Of a stretch of 64,000 nt of DNA, positions 12,861 through 25,799 are shown piece by piece. The notes under the pieces are model-generated. The model searched no databases, was not told where the DNA came from, and saw only the letters and a list, made by a program, of their open reading frames with translations. The position numbers and the translations under genes are program-made. This stretch comes from Lama guanicoe (Eukaryota). Position 1 is the first letter of the stretch. Each line of letters starts with the position of its first letter. The stretch is taken from assembly GCA_013239625.1 (NCBI GenBank), contig MU054187.1, forward strand, positions 24,244,433-24,308,432, in the 5' to 3' direction.

Positions 12861-14259
12861 TGACAGAGCTGGAGCCCTCTTGTTGGCATTCCCTACACTG
12901 TCCCTAGATTTAACATGAGCTGGTCACTTCTTATATTAAGCACCCAGGGTGTTTTAATTTCACGGGTTTTACAGGATAGGAAAATGGGACCACTGTAAAT
13001 GACTAAGTAAAGTAACTAGCCCACGTGGGACTATTATGACCACAGTTCCAACAATTTCATGAAAATCAAAACAAACGAGAAAACAAATATTCTGAAGAAG
13101 CTTTAACAGATCAACAATTCATCCTGGTGTGGACTGACTTAATCAGTGACTTCCACCAGAGAGGGCAGGACAACAGACTGTTCTTGAGTCAAATAACGGA
13201 ATTACAATTGTCTAGAAAGCCATCCAACCTGGTAGCCCTGAAGTCTCCCCTTCGGTGAATGTCTTAAATAACAGCCCAGCAGGAGAAAGGGCTGTTTACC
13301 TCTCAAGGTTCTGAGCCTTTTCTCAGTGGATCTGCCAGTGGGGAATTGGCTTGTATGGTTTGCTTGAAGAAATAGGGTAATGTGATTCTGAATGTGCTGA
13401 AACACATATTCATTAGAGAGAGATCAAATTGTCTGAGTTTTTTAATGGAAATTTGCAGAAACTTTAAGACGTGCAGCCACTGCGCAGCGCTGGCTTCTCA
13501 CTGCACTGCAGAGGGGCTGTTAGAGACATGATTTAAGCACTTTTAGGTAATGAAGGTTTTTGTGTCTATTAGTATGCTTCTAATTGCATATTTAAAGACT
13601 GAGGTACTTAACGTGATGGTGCTACATACCCAATGATCAGGAAAAGAGCAATACAGACAGCACGGTCTGCTGGATTAAAAGCCCACAAGGCTCCCCCACC
13701 CACCCCCTGCTACCAATAGAAAGTTGCTCAGCTGTGCAATGCCAGAGCTCCTCCATCTGCGGGAAGGCATAAATTACTGGTAACGTGGTGACAATAGTAA
13801 TGTCATACACTAGCTTTAGATGTATTATATATATATATGTTTTTATTATTATTATTTATAGTACCCTTATGTGACTACATCAAATATGAAAATTGAATAG
13901 GAGAAATATGTGCTACTTGGTAACGTGGGCTAAGAATGAAAGTAGGAAACATGATTATTAAAGGAAATGAAACATTCCACTGCTACAAGAGAAAGGAATT
14001 AAGGAGATAAATTATGGCCATCTTATGAACAAGCCGAGAATTAGAATGTCCCAACATTCATATCACTGAACTCCAAAGGGAACTTGTTAGGCAAGTTGTC
14101 TGAGTCAGTGAATTTGTCATTCCTGATGCATTCACTGCATAAAGCATAAGCCCTTTTAAAAAGGGGGGTTAATAACATAACGGTTGTTGCTTCTCTGGCT
14201 TCTGCAATTGTATTCTTACCTGTTACTCCTGCTACTCCTCATTAATAGGTGTCTGTTCC

Positions 14260-15250
14260 TCTGCCTGGCTCCTCTGCTAGGGATTTTCCTGGGATTCCAT
14301 TTCCAGGTCACCTTTCTTACTGATGTAAACCTTTTCCCTGAGGCAATGCCAGTTACCCATTTCAACTCCAGCTCTATGCTAATAGTACCCCAGGTGAATC
14401 TTCCAGATCCATTTCACTGGTTGCTTAGTTGAACCACAAACTTGAAAGCCTCAAAGGTACCTCACACTCTGTATCCAGTGAATCTCATTATTCTCGTCTC
14501 TTCCTCCCTCTTATAATTTACTCTTCATTCAGGTCCTAATTTATTAAGTAACAGTTCACTCAGGCCAAATACCACCATCCTACACAGACACTCTATCCAG
14601 GCTCAAGATCTGTGAATGGCCTATTCTACTCAGATCAAAACACATTCTTCCCCATTTTTACTACAAATGCCTTAGATAAGAACTTAACTACCTCTTACTC
14701 AGCTCACCTCTCCACCCACAGTCTCTTCTCTCTAGCTCACCAACTCTGGGGCCTCCTGTTTTCCTAAATTGCAGATCTTGGCCACTAAGTTTTATATCTT
14801 CTCAATAACTACAGAAAAAAAAATCAAACTCTTTAAAAGCACATACTGGGCATCTCCCTCTGGCCCAAGCCTATCTCCTCCTTCTACACTTCACTGAATT
14901 CTTGGGGAAAAATTTAATCTACCCCTGAGCACAGCACATTTGCCCACACAGCCACTATGTCATTCACAGTGTACCATCTATCTAACATGGTCTTCCTCTT
15001 ACCTTCTCCTTGAAGAAAGCATACTCCTTATTTAAAATCCACATTGACTGATATCTCCTTCCCCATTACTCCACAAATGATCGCTTCCTCACTTCCTGCA
15101 AGAGTCCCTAGTTTTCATGTAGCAGTGAAAGTGTCCACCTGCTTTCCCATTTTCTCCTTTACTCCAAGTTCCTCAATGGTAAGGATTTTATTCATCTGCT
15201 GTGTGCAGACCCTCTCACTCAGCATCAGGCATGGGATATTAATAAGAAGC
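14260..15250 (+). mobile_element. L2 LINE remnant
   Basis: CT-rich degenerate L2 motifs ending in an L2-like 3' end (ccaagttcctcaatggtaagga...ctgtgtgcag...agcatcaggcatgg). Confidence 0.55.
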
Positions 15251-15296
15251 AAGAAAGACTGGCCAAATATGTGACCAAAGACTCCAAAAACATTTA

Positions 15297-15492
15297 TGAC
15301 AGGTATATATATAATAGATAAACAAGATTATACTGTATAGCACAGGGAAATATATACAAGATCTTGTGGTAGCTCAAGTGAAAAAGAATATGAAAATGAA
15401 TACATGCACATTCATATATAACTAAAAAATTGTGTTCTACACTGGAAACTGACACAACGTTGTAAACTGACTATAACAAACAAACAAAAAAA
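15297..15492 (+). mobile_element. Short 5'-truncated L1 3' end, young camelid-type subfamily
   Basis: tatactgtatagcacagggaaatatatacaagatcttg...tgtaaactgactataac plus A-rich tail. Highly similar to 23890-24090. Possible TSD aaaaacattta/aaaagcattta. Confidence 0.85.
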
Positions 15493-15509
15493 GCATTTAA
15501 AATAAATCA

Positions 15510-15650
15510 GACATCCTAGGTTTATGTCCAAAATTACTAACTATCTTATTAATCTTAAAAAGTAACTTTTACACTTCTCCCAACCTCAGTTTCCTCATCT
15601 GTCAAAATAGGGGTAGGACTAGGTATCTTTCAAGATTTTTCTCCAAACTT
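15510..15650 (+). mobile_element. MIR SINE fragment
   Basis: Core cctcagtttcctcatctgtcaaaataggg. Confidence 0.75.
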
Positions 15651-16279
15651 TTATCCCACATGTCCACATATGATTCAGTGATTCAGAGTTGAAGTTTTAT
15701 GCCTGAATTTTTTTAAAGTTTTATAGAGATTTACTATATTCATTCATGGACACATGAAAAGTCAATTGTCTCCAAATTAACCTGTAAATATAGAATTTAC
15801 TAAAAAAGTATAAAACAAAATTATGTAGATTTATGTGGCATTAATATAAAATATATGAAAATAAAAAATAAATATTAAAATATTAAAAAAATATTGAATC
15901 TTGCCAAGCATTTCTGGAAAATAAAACAAAGTTTGTTAGGGGTGGCACAAATTTGTCCTGCCAGGTCTCAAAATATTTTATGAAATTTCTAACAAATTAA
16001 GCAGTGTGATATGCCACTGCAATTGACAAACAGATTGCTGAAACAGGATAGAGAACTCAAAATTTATCTATGCATACATGGTAATGAATAACAGAATAGA
16101 ATTCACTGAGCAGTGGTTCAAAAATGATCTACTTAAAATATGCTATTAGGAAAATTGATTATCCATATGGAAAAAAGTAGAACTATAATTATTATAATAC
16201 AACATATCCAAAAATATAACCCTGGTGAATTAATGTCCTAAAATATGGGAGCGAAAACTTGTAAAAGATAGAAAATAAT

Positions 16280-16550
16280 AAACCTTGCTAACACTTTTAT
16301 AGTGCTTGCTGTATTTTAGACATGCTTCTAAATGCAATATAGACATTAATTTCACCAATAACCCTACTAGGGAAATAAATCCAATTTTTATTTTTATTAG
16401 TATTCAATTTACAGAAAAAATAATTATGGCACAGAGAGGTTAATAAACTTATGGAAGGGTCACAGTTAATAAGGGACTGGGTCAGGATTCAAATTCTAGC
16501 ATTCAAATCTCCTGCCTTAGAATCTGGGCTCTTAAGCACTCTGCTGCCAA
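16280..16550 (-). mobile_element. MIR SINE
   Basis: tttacagaaaaaa...ggcacagagaggttaataaactt...gggtcacagttaataag...caggattcaaa. Confidence 0.75.
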
Positions 16551-16929
16551 GGAGAAAGAGAAGGCTTTCTTTAAAAATAACTGAAAAGCACAATAATAAA
16601 GAAAAGAGGCATATGAATGTGACTAAAAACTTTTTTTAATAATAAAATCAACTTTATGTTATAAAACAAGCCACAGGCTAGGAGAAAATACTTGCCTCAT
16701 TGATGATCTGTAAATAATTGTTACAATCCTACATATAAATGTGAAACAGACAAATCATCCAATCAAAAAAATCTGGACAGTATGTGAACCTACAATTTTA
16801 GAAAATCTAATTGAAATACTAATAAATAAATGAAAAAAAAGCTTCAATCTTACCAATAACAAGGCAAGTAAAAATTAAAACAAAGAGATAACCTTTTTGC
16901 CATTTGGCCTGGAAAAAATTAAGTCAGTA

Positions 16930-17160
16930 TAGTTAACCCTTAAACAACGTGGGTTTGAACTGAGCATGTCCACTTATAACGAGGATTTTTTTTTTAAATA
17001 GTAGATATCACACAATCTGCAGTTGGTTGAACCCACAAATATGGAGCCAGGACACAGAGGAACTGGGGACACAGAAGGCTGACTGTAAGTTACACATGGA
17101 TTTTTGAATGCAGGGAGGGTCAGCACCCCTAACACCTTCAAGTTGTCCAAAGGTCCACTA
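16930..17160 (+). mobile_element. Tigger2/MER28-like non-autonomous DNA transposon
   Basis: TIRs tagttaacccttaaacaac ... gttgtccaaaggtccacta (consensus CAGTTGACCCTTGAACAAC), TA on the left flank. Confidence 0.8.
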
Positions 17161-20100
17161 TGTACTGTCAAATGTTGACAGGTACTCCCTGAAAGAATTA
17201 AAATTGACCCATTTATAAAGCAACTAGTCAACATGTAGAAAAGTTGAAGATGGGACTACTGTAAAAATAAATAAATAAATAAAAAGTGACCTAACAGTTC
17301 CTCTTACTAGAATCTGTTCTTAGAAAAGTCACTAGCACACAAAGTAATGAAATTTGTACATGGATAATTCACTGCCACACTGTTTGTAATAATGACATAT
17401 TGGGAACACACTAAAACATCTATCAAAGGAAGACTAAGTAAATAAAAGGTGGTCTATACAAACAAATAGGTGAGTAAAAGAAATATGCCAGTTCAACATA
17501 GGAAAATCTAAAAAAAAATTTTTTTGAGTAAAAACAAGAGTTGTTCAATGATGTAAAAACAAAATACAATTAATGTAACTATATATCACGGGAAACAATG
17601 TTACAAATTCTCCATGCATACATATATGAGCATTTATAGTCCATCTTTAAAAGAATAAAATAATATATACTAAAGTTATAATACGGTTATATCAAAAGAG
17701 AAGTGGTCAGGTGGAGAGCTGATCAGCTTTAGCTACAATGATATAATACTATTTGGCATCATATTTATATGCTATATATTAATATATTTAAATGTAAATT
17801 ATATGTTACATAATTTTGAAAAACTTTGAAAATAAAATATTTTTAATTATTCCACAGGTAGTACTTTGGAAACCTACAGAAATTTCAAGGACTTCCAAGG
17901 TTAAATCTCAATAACCAGGTTGGTGCAAATTACGTATTTAAATTTTGAAAGAGTCAAGTAGAAAGCAGAGCAGATAAAAAAATTAAGCAAATATTTTTTA
18001 TCTACCATAAGGAAGTGTTATTAAATTATCTTTTCAGCTATGGAAATGCTATTACAGATATAAAAGCAATATGGGGTTACTGGAGAAGAAATGCATACCC
18101 ACTAGCCCTCTGATAAACTGCTGGGGTTTCTGCTTTTCATTTCTTATTCTTTCGAATAAGCATAAAGGAACTGATAAGATGGTTCAATCAAAAGAAGTAT
18201 AAAAAATAGCACCTGGGAGACAGTCTGGTAATATTGCAATTACTTTCATGTGTGCTCATCTCCAGGTCTTAACTGTCTATCTGCAAGAGTGTGGCATATA
18301 TATTATAAGGCAAAACCCTTTCTTTTTCTGTGTAACTTTTATTCCTGAAATAGCCATAAGAGAAAAAAAGGTACATTTCCTTTTCAAGTTTAATTTTTTT
18401 ATTCTTTTTGCAAGACTCGTGTGTTTATTTTAAATATACACCATGTGTAATTAACTCAATAACTGAACCTACTATTTACAATCTTAAAACCAAAATGCAT
18501 AATTTTATTAAGATCAACATGTGATTCACTTATTTGTGAAAAAATAGAGATACGATATTTATCTAACAGTTACAGTTGCTCAGATAACTCAATAACTGGT
18601 CTGAGGGCCATAAGGTTTTCCCTTGGAGGGATCCCATATCTGCACAGTGTCTCTTGGCTTGAACCTCACTGCAGTCTTTTCCCTGAGTTAGGGCAGAGAG
18701 CTTGCCTAGAAATGTCTTTCTAGTTCAAGCCCCATATCTTCAGGCCAACATCCCTGGTGATCAGTGTTCATGCATTGCTCAGTTTCTCTTAATAACATCT
18801 TGGCAAAACATAATATGTATATAATATGTATATTATATAATCACAGCTTCATTTTTTTTACCCAGTTATATGGGATATACATATTCATTTATGCTTTTTC
18901 ATTTCTTAGATAAATGTCGAGTAATCACACTCTATACACTGCATTGCATACACACACACACATTTGCATATTTCTGTGGTCTCAGGTCAATCAGGACTTG
19001 GAGTAAAGCAAGACTTAACATATAATGAACATAACCAATCTAATTAAGGGAAAGAAAGTGAATTTTATGTGTAACTGAGGCTCAAAGAAATTAAATGGCT
19101 TTCCAAATACATAGGATCCGCATTTGCAATGGGCAGATAATTCTTCCCACAGTTAAATCCATATGGATGATGTCTGACTCCTCATCCAGATGTATGCTGA
19201 TTTGTACATTATTTGTATGTGGCCAGGTGATCTATCCTAGGAGTGTTCAAATTCAAATCATAATATGAGTGTCCTTAAAATTTTCATCTCATTAAATGTT
19301 TTCATCTTGATATGATTTTCTTTCCCAGAAAGACAAAACAGAGAAGAAACAGGTGAGCAGGTAGCATAAAAGCCACCTGAATATGGTTTTGTTTTATATT
19401 GTTTTTAGACCCAAGTTTATTAAGCTCAGCTTCAACCAAAGTGTTATCATTTGGTTTTGGAGTTGAGATTTTGCTCATACATAATGAGAACCTTTCCAGA
19501 TGGTGGCAAAATTGGCAGCATAACCTCACAGTTTAGCTGAGTTGGACGCTGGGTCTTAGGCAGTGCTGGGACACAATTCTAGGAACTCACAATATTACAA
19601 GGACTAGAAATAAAGTTACTTATTAAGGAAGAAGCAACTAAATACTAATTATCAAAGGTTCATTTTCTTTTATTCATTCTTTTTTGAAAGTGAGATCAAA
19701 AGTTGAGTTGCTAATAAAATTATAATGATTAACATGCCCAAAATTTGCTCATACATTTTATTGTGGTCTTAGACAGGTGACTTAACACTAACAAAGGCAG
19801 ATTTTTTTCTTTTAATGAGGTACAACATATCTTAAAATATATTATATATATAGCTCAAATTAAAATTCTTATTTGAGATGAATGCATATAAAAGCTAAGT
19901 GGTTTTATTGACATTTTTAAGAACTCTCTCCATAATCCATGGCAAGATTAAAAAAAAAGGGGCGGGGACTTTTTATGTGTACTTCTTACTTTCACCAAGG
20001 CTTTTAACATACTTCCAGAGAATTTTATAAGGGTATTTAAAGTTGATGAGGATTTTTTACCTTATATTTAGTTTAATGAATTATCATTCCTTCAAAATAA

Positions 20101-21079
20101 GCTTCTCATTTCCCCTTAATTTGCAAGCAACAACGTAATACTATAAATGTCAGCAATTCTTCTGGGAAATTGGAGGTGAGAATGATTTCACTCTTAGTAA
20201 AAGTAAATTTGTTTTGACAGCCTCTAAACATTTGTATTCCATAATCTGTTTCTTTGCTCATCTAAACTCTTCCTGTCAGTAGAAAACATTTCCCAATTGT
20301 GCATTGAAGTCCCTCGTATATTAAGCAGACCAGGCCTCAGGACATCCGGAAACATCTTTGCAAGGATCTGGAGCTTTCATCAGTGATTTCTGTTTATGAA
20401 ACTCAATCCTGATGGAATCCCAGTGGACTAGTGTATTATTTAGTAGAAGGTACTCAAAAATTATACATTATAACAAGAATTTTTCACTTAACCCCTTTTC
20501 AGTGTTGACTCCTTGTCAAAAAAAATCCATTTCTCAGGTGGCACCAGATTACCTTGGGTAGTAAATCCTTAAGGAATTTGTCCAAAGATCTTCAGATGGC
20601 ATGATTTTGTGACTGACACCATAGCACACAGTGTCCTTAATTTCTTCATCTGTAAAAGAAATAGTAACACTTATACTTCTCACAATTGCTATAAGGATTT
20701 CATTAGGTCACGTTTCAATGCAGAACGACAGAGCGGATCTGAGATTTCTGGACAGAAGTGAGACATATTCTTGGGCAAAGTGATGGGCATCTGACCACCA
20801 GCCCTGAGCACCTGCTTCTCTTCAACCAAATTTAAATGACTTTACCTGCTTACAAATAATCACAATACAGAATGTTAAATACATGAACCCAAAGGTTAAT
20901 ATTCAGTTCTCTTTTTTGCAAATATTCTGCAGCTTGTAATGAATGTTTTGTTACACGTCTCACCTCCTATTAGCTGGCCTGCAAGGTCTTTCATGACTGT
21001 GACTTTATAACTATCAACATTCAATAACACTGACTTATACGGCAAATTACCTTGCTCTCTTCCCATATTCATGTATCCA

Positions 21080-22680
21080 GGAAAGTTCTTGATTCCCTCC
21101 TCCTGCATCACCAACAGAAACAACAAAATGAAACTTAAAAATCTTTTCTGTTATGTATCAGTGGTTCAAATGTATAACCTAAACGTAATCTTAGATTCTG
21201 TCTTTCTTCATCTCCTAATTCTATTCATCATTAGCCTTGCAATTTTATCTACAACCATGTTTTGAATCTTTCTGCTTGTTTCCATTTCCACTAGTCACTA
21301 GGACATACAGATTCAATCCTCTCCCTCCTCTGGATAGATTCTCAATTGGTCTCCTTGCTTTCATCAGTGTTTCCATTTATTATTAATTCACATAAAAAGG
21401 TGTCATGCCCATAAGAGACATGATTATTTTTTATTATTTATTAGGACACTTCCCTGAGATAGAAATAAATTTTCTTATTCCGATGAAATCTGTGTAGTAT
21501 AATTTTCTGATGGAAGTAAAGCATCTTAATATATTCCTTTTTCTAATTTACAAAAAAATCACTCTATGGATTATTGGCATCTCCGTTTCCTCCCTTATGC
21601 TTCCTACAATCCATTTCCCACACAGCAAGTCTGAGTAATCTTTTTTAGAACAGATATAAGTCTATGTTACTCCTCTGCTTAAAACACTTCTATGATTCTC
21701 ATTACATTCTGAATAAATTCCTAATTCCCTACTATTGCCCCTCAGACCTTAAAGAACTTGACCCTGGTCTTTTTGTGCACGCTCATCTCAAACTTGTCCC
21801 CCAAATGTTCATCACACTCCAGCTAGACTGGCTTCCCTTCATTCCCTGGAACATGAAACACTTTCCCCCTCGAGGTTTATGCCCTTGCTACTTCTTTTGC
21901 CTAGAAAATTATTTTCTCTTATCTTCACATGGCTGGCTCTATTTCAGTCTTTTCATCCGAGTTCAAATATTACATACTCAGAGAGACTATAAAGTATAAA
22001 TTTTATCTAAAGGAGTACAGACAGTCCCCAACTTAAAATGATTCGACTTACAATTTTTTGACTTTATGATGATGCAAAAGCAATTCAAATTCACTAGAAA
22101 CCATACTTCAGATTTTGAATTTTGATCTTTTCCTAGGTTAGCAGGAAGCGGGCATCATGCCGGACAGAAGCGGCTGCAGCCCCCAGCCAGGCGCACAATC
22201 ACAATGGTGAACAATCATTCCACTTACAACCATTCTGTGCTCAGAGGACCATTCTGTGTTTCACTTTCATTACTGTTTTCCAACACATTACATGAAATAC
22301 TCAACACTTTCTTATAAAATTGGCTTTGCGTTAGGTGGCTTTGCCCAACTGCAGGCTAGGCTAAGCGATGATGTTCTGTAGATTAGGTGTAGTAAAAGCA
22401 TGTTTTACTTACGATGTTTTCAGTTTGCAATGGGTTCACCTGGATGTAACCTCATCATTAAGTCAAGGGGTTACACCTTTTCCTTTCCTTGTTGGTTTCT
22501 CTTGTCACTCTGCTTGTTTATTTCATAGTGTTTGTTGTAAGTAACAAACATTTATTTAGTTATCTCTTTATCTTTGACCTTTCTCCAATAGATTATTAAC
22601 CTATGTAATTAAGGATGTCCCACAATTATCTCCAACACCAAAAATGGTGCTTTACACATAGTAGACATTCACTACATTAA
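21080..22680 (+). mobile_element. L2 LINE remnant, interrupted by MER47
   Basis: L2 motifs (atgttactcctctgcttaaaacacttctatg; 3' end atggtgctttacacatagtagacattc). Confidence 0.65.
22018..22470 (-). mobile_element. MER47/Tigger5-like DNA transposon
   Basis: ta|cagacagtccccaactta terminus. Internal tttgcccaactgcaggctaggctaagc...gattaggtgt. Other TIR remnant taagtcaagggg. Confidence 0.8.
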
Positions 22681-22719
22681 AAAAAATTTATTCTCATTCC
22701 ATTTGTTCTTTTTGGTTAC

Positions 22720-23125
22720 TTCTATAAACTGAATTGTATCACCTCACATTCATACAGTGAAGCTCTAACCACCAATAGGACTGATTAAGGTTAAATGAGG
22801 TCATAAGGGTAGAGTTCTAATGTGATGAGACCAGTGGCCTTATAAGAAGAGAAAGAGATCTCCCTCTCTTCTCTCCATCTCTTTCTCTCCCTCTCTGTCT
22901 CTCTCTCCCTCCCTCCTTTCTTCCATCCATACACTCAGAAGACAGAATACATGAAGATAAAATGACAATCTCCAAGCCAGCAAGAGAGTCCTTAATGGAA
23001 ATGCAACATTACCAAAACTTAATCTTGAACTTTCCAGCCTCTAGGACTGTTTGGAAGTAAATTTTTACTGTTTAAGCTACCAAGTTTATGGTATTTTGTT
23101 ATGGGAGCCCATACAGACTAAAACA
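22720..23125 (+). mobile_element. MLT1A/B-like MaLR solo LTR
   Basis: actgaattgtatc...ttaaatgaggtcataagggt...tttaagctaccaagtttatggtattttgttatgg...aaaca. Near TSD gttac/gtgac. Confidence 0.85.
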
Positions 23126-23800
23126 GTGACCAACTCTTTGCACAGGTTTGTATGTCATTTGTGTATTAAGACATACAATTATTATCTTACTATCTTTTTT
23201 TCCAATATATCACAAGTGTCTCACTAGGTCATAACAAGACATGAAAAAGAAAAATGTGATTTATGATTATATTTACTTTTTTTTTTGCTTTTATAGATTT
23301 TAAATGATGGAGGCTTATAGCAGTGAAATAGGAAAGTAATTGGAAACATAGAACAAACTGCTTGATTATGAATAATAAAATTTAAGTGGCTCTTCTATCT
23401 TCATTTCCCACTTGAAATGCTTTACATTCCAAGGATCTGAGGATCCAACTTAAGTACCTCTCCTATCCTTTGGAGTACAATTAATCATTCCTTTTACTCC
23501 CCAAAGTCCATTGCATATACTTTCTGTGATGTTGATTCAATTCTGCCTTGTTGTTAAGGTTGTTTGTTAACATCTGGATCCCTCCCACTCAGCAGTAGTT
23601 CTCAATGAATTTTTTGAAACTGAATGAGTAAATGAACAAAATGAATGAATAATCAGTTAAGCATGTCAGAAAAATGGAAGAACCTTTGATACAAAGTGTA
23701 AGGTAATTCCTCCCCATTGTTTGAGGTTATATTTTCTGAAAATGCCATTATTAGAGTGAGTGAGATAAGCAAATATGAGATTTCAGGAAATACATGACTA

Positions 23801-24090
23801 GACTCACAGACATAGAATACAAACTTGTGGTTGCCAGTGAGGAGGGGGGTGGGAAGGGACAGACTGGGAGTTCAGGATTTGTAGATACTGGCAGGTATAT
23901 ATAGAATAGATAAACAAGTTTATACTGTATAGCACAGGGGAATATATACAAGATCTTGTCACTCACGGTGAAAAAGCATATGAAAATGAATATATGTATA
24001 ATCATGTATGACTGAAAAATTGTGCTGTATACCAAAAATTGGCACAATATTGTAAACTGACTATAACTCAATAAAGAAAAGAAAAAAAGA
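23801..24090 (+). mobile_element. Young 5'-truncated L1 3' end with perfect 13-bp TSD
   Basis: TSD aaatacatgacta at 23788-23800 and 24091-24103. L1 3'UTR, AATAAA and A-rich tail. Confidence 0.92.
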
Positions 24091-24473
24091 AAATACATGA
24101 CTAAAAAAAGCCACATATATATGTTTCTCTGTGTATATATATATTTATATATATGCATAATATGCGTATATATATGTATAATTACATTTACAGTGATTAT
24201 ATATATATATTAATTTTAGAAGGAAACAACTTTCAAAACAGACTTTTTTATATTAAAACCTGTTCTGCTAAGAAACCATTTTCCTGAATACTTTTTCCAA
24301 TTGTTTAGGAAGTCACAAGTCAGAAGTCTGATGAGCTCACTTCTCCCACAATTTTATATGATGCAGACTGAATCTTGTCTTACAATAATTTGAACCAGTG
24401 CTTAGTGATTGCATTTGCATTCCTCTTTATATTATTTTCCCAAGTTTGCAGAATACTCATGTATATATCCAAC

Positions 24474-24910
24474 TATGTTAGTTTGCTATTGCTGGTTTAA
24501 AAAGTTACCATGAACTTAGTGGCTTAAAAACGTAAATTTATTACCTTTTAGTTCTGGAAGTCAGAAGTCCAAAATGGACTGTGTTCCTTCTGAAGGCTCC
24601 AGGGAAGTGCCAGTTTTCTTCCCTTTTCCATCTCCTGCAGGCTGCCCACATTTCCTGGCTTGTGGCCCACTTCCAACAATCTCATTACTGCAACTTCTGT
24701 TTCACATCTTCTCTCACTTTGTATCTCCTTTCTCCTTCTTAATGTCACTTTTGACTACACTGGGCCAAACTAGAGAATCCAGAATAATTTGATCATCTCA
24801 AGATCTTAATCACATCTATAAGTTCCTTTTTCTACTTAAGAAAACATATTCACAGATTCTGAAGATTGAGATGTGCACATCTTCTAGGAAGCACTGCTCT
24901 GCCTACCACA
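24474..24910 (-). mobile_element. MLT1C/D-like MaLR solo LTR
   Basis: gttagtttgctattgctg...ttagtggcttaaaa...gttctggaagtcagaagtccaaaatgg...ctgcctaccaca. Confidence 0.85.
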
Positions 24911-25279
24911 CAGGCTATTGTAGCAGAGCTTACAACGGTGATTTTCTGGACCTCATTATCAAAGAATAATGAGGAAATCAACTTTGCATGATCTAAAGAA
25001 GGAGAGGGCAAAAGATTTTGTCATGTTCTCTACAAAAGACTGAGCCAAAAGTATATAAAAGATCAAAATTTAAGAGTTTAGTATGCAAATATAAATTGCA
25101 TCAATTTAAAATAAGCATTGATTAGAGATACACTAAACAAAGGAATCCTAGAACCTATAAAATGGAACAGCATACACAGCTGCTTAGTTAAAGGCATTTA
25201 TTCAATATTTCCTGTGTAAAGAATTGTATACCCAACTATGTAAAAACTAATAGAAGCCACAGAATTAAAAAGAGAAGCT

Positions 25280-25583
25280 CATCATATCTGTGGGTTTTGC
25301 ATCCCTGCTTTCAACCAACCTTGGAGTAAAAATATTTTTAAAAAATTCCAGAAAGTTCCATAAAGCAAAACTTGAATTTTCTGTGTGCCAGCAACTATTT
25401 ACATAGCATTTACATTGTATTAGCTATTATAACTTATCTAAAGATGACTTAAAGTATATAGGAGATTTTCATAGGTTATATGCAAATATTATCCCATTTT
25501 ATATAAAGGACTTGAGCATCTACAAATTTTAATATTCCCAAGGGTACTGGAATCAATCCCCTGAGAACATCAAAGAACAACTG
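25280..25583 (+). mobile_element. MER2-like Tigger DNA transposon
   Basis: caactatttacatagcatttacattgtattag...ggttatatgcaaata...ggacttgagcatc...ggaatcaatcccc...caactg|ta. Confidence 0.85.
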
Positions 25584-25799
25584 TAGTAGACATGGTCTTT
25601 GTTTTCACAGTACCCCAAATGAGTAAATATATCTTTTTTACAGATGATCTTATCATTTGCTGAATCACGTGAGTTCCATGAATGAACATTTTAACTATTA
25701 CTAAAAAATAAAATATTTGTCCATCACTGAGCAGAACAGATTATGCCTAAGTCAATTTTGATTAGAATTGAATATTTTATGATGTCAGAATACTAAATA

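Larger units (their letters stand above)
15750..17700 (+). mobile_element. Ancient L1 (L1M/L1ME-type) ORF2 and 3' remnant, interrupted by a MIR and a Tigger
   Basis: A-rich degenerate ORF2 motifs (aattgattatccatatggaaaaa; caagccacaggctaggagaaaatacttgc; gccacactgtttgtaataatg). Confidence 0.6.
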
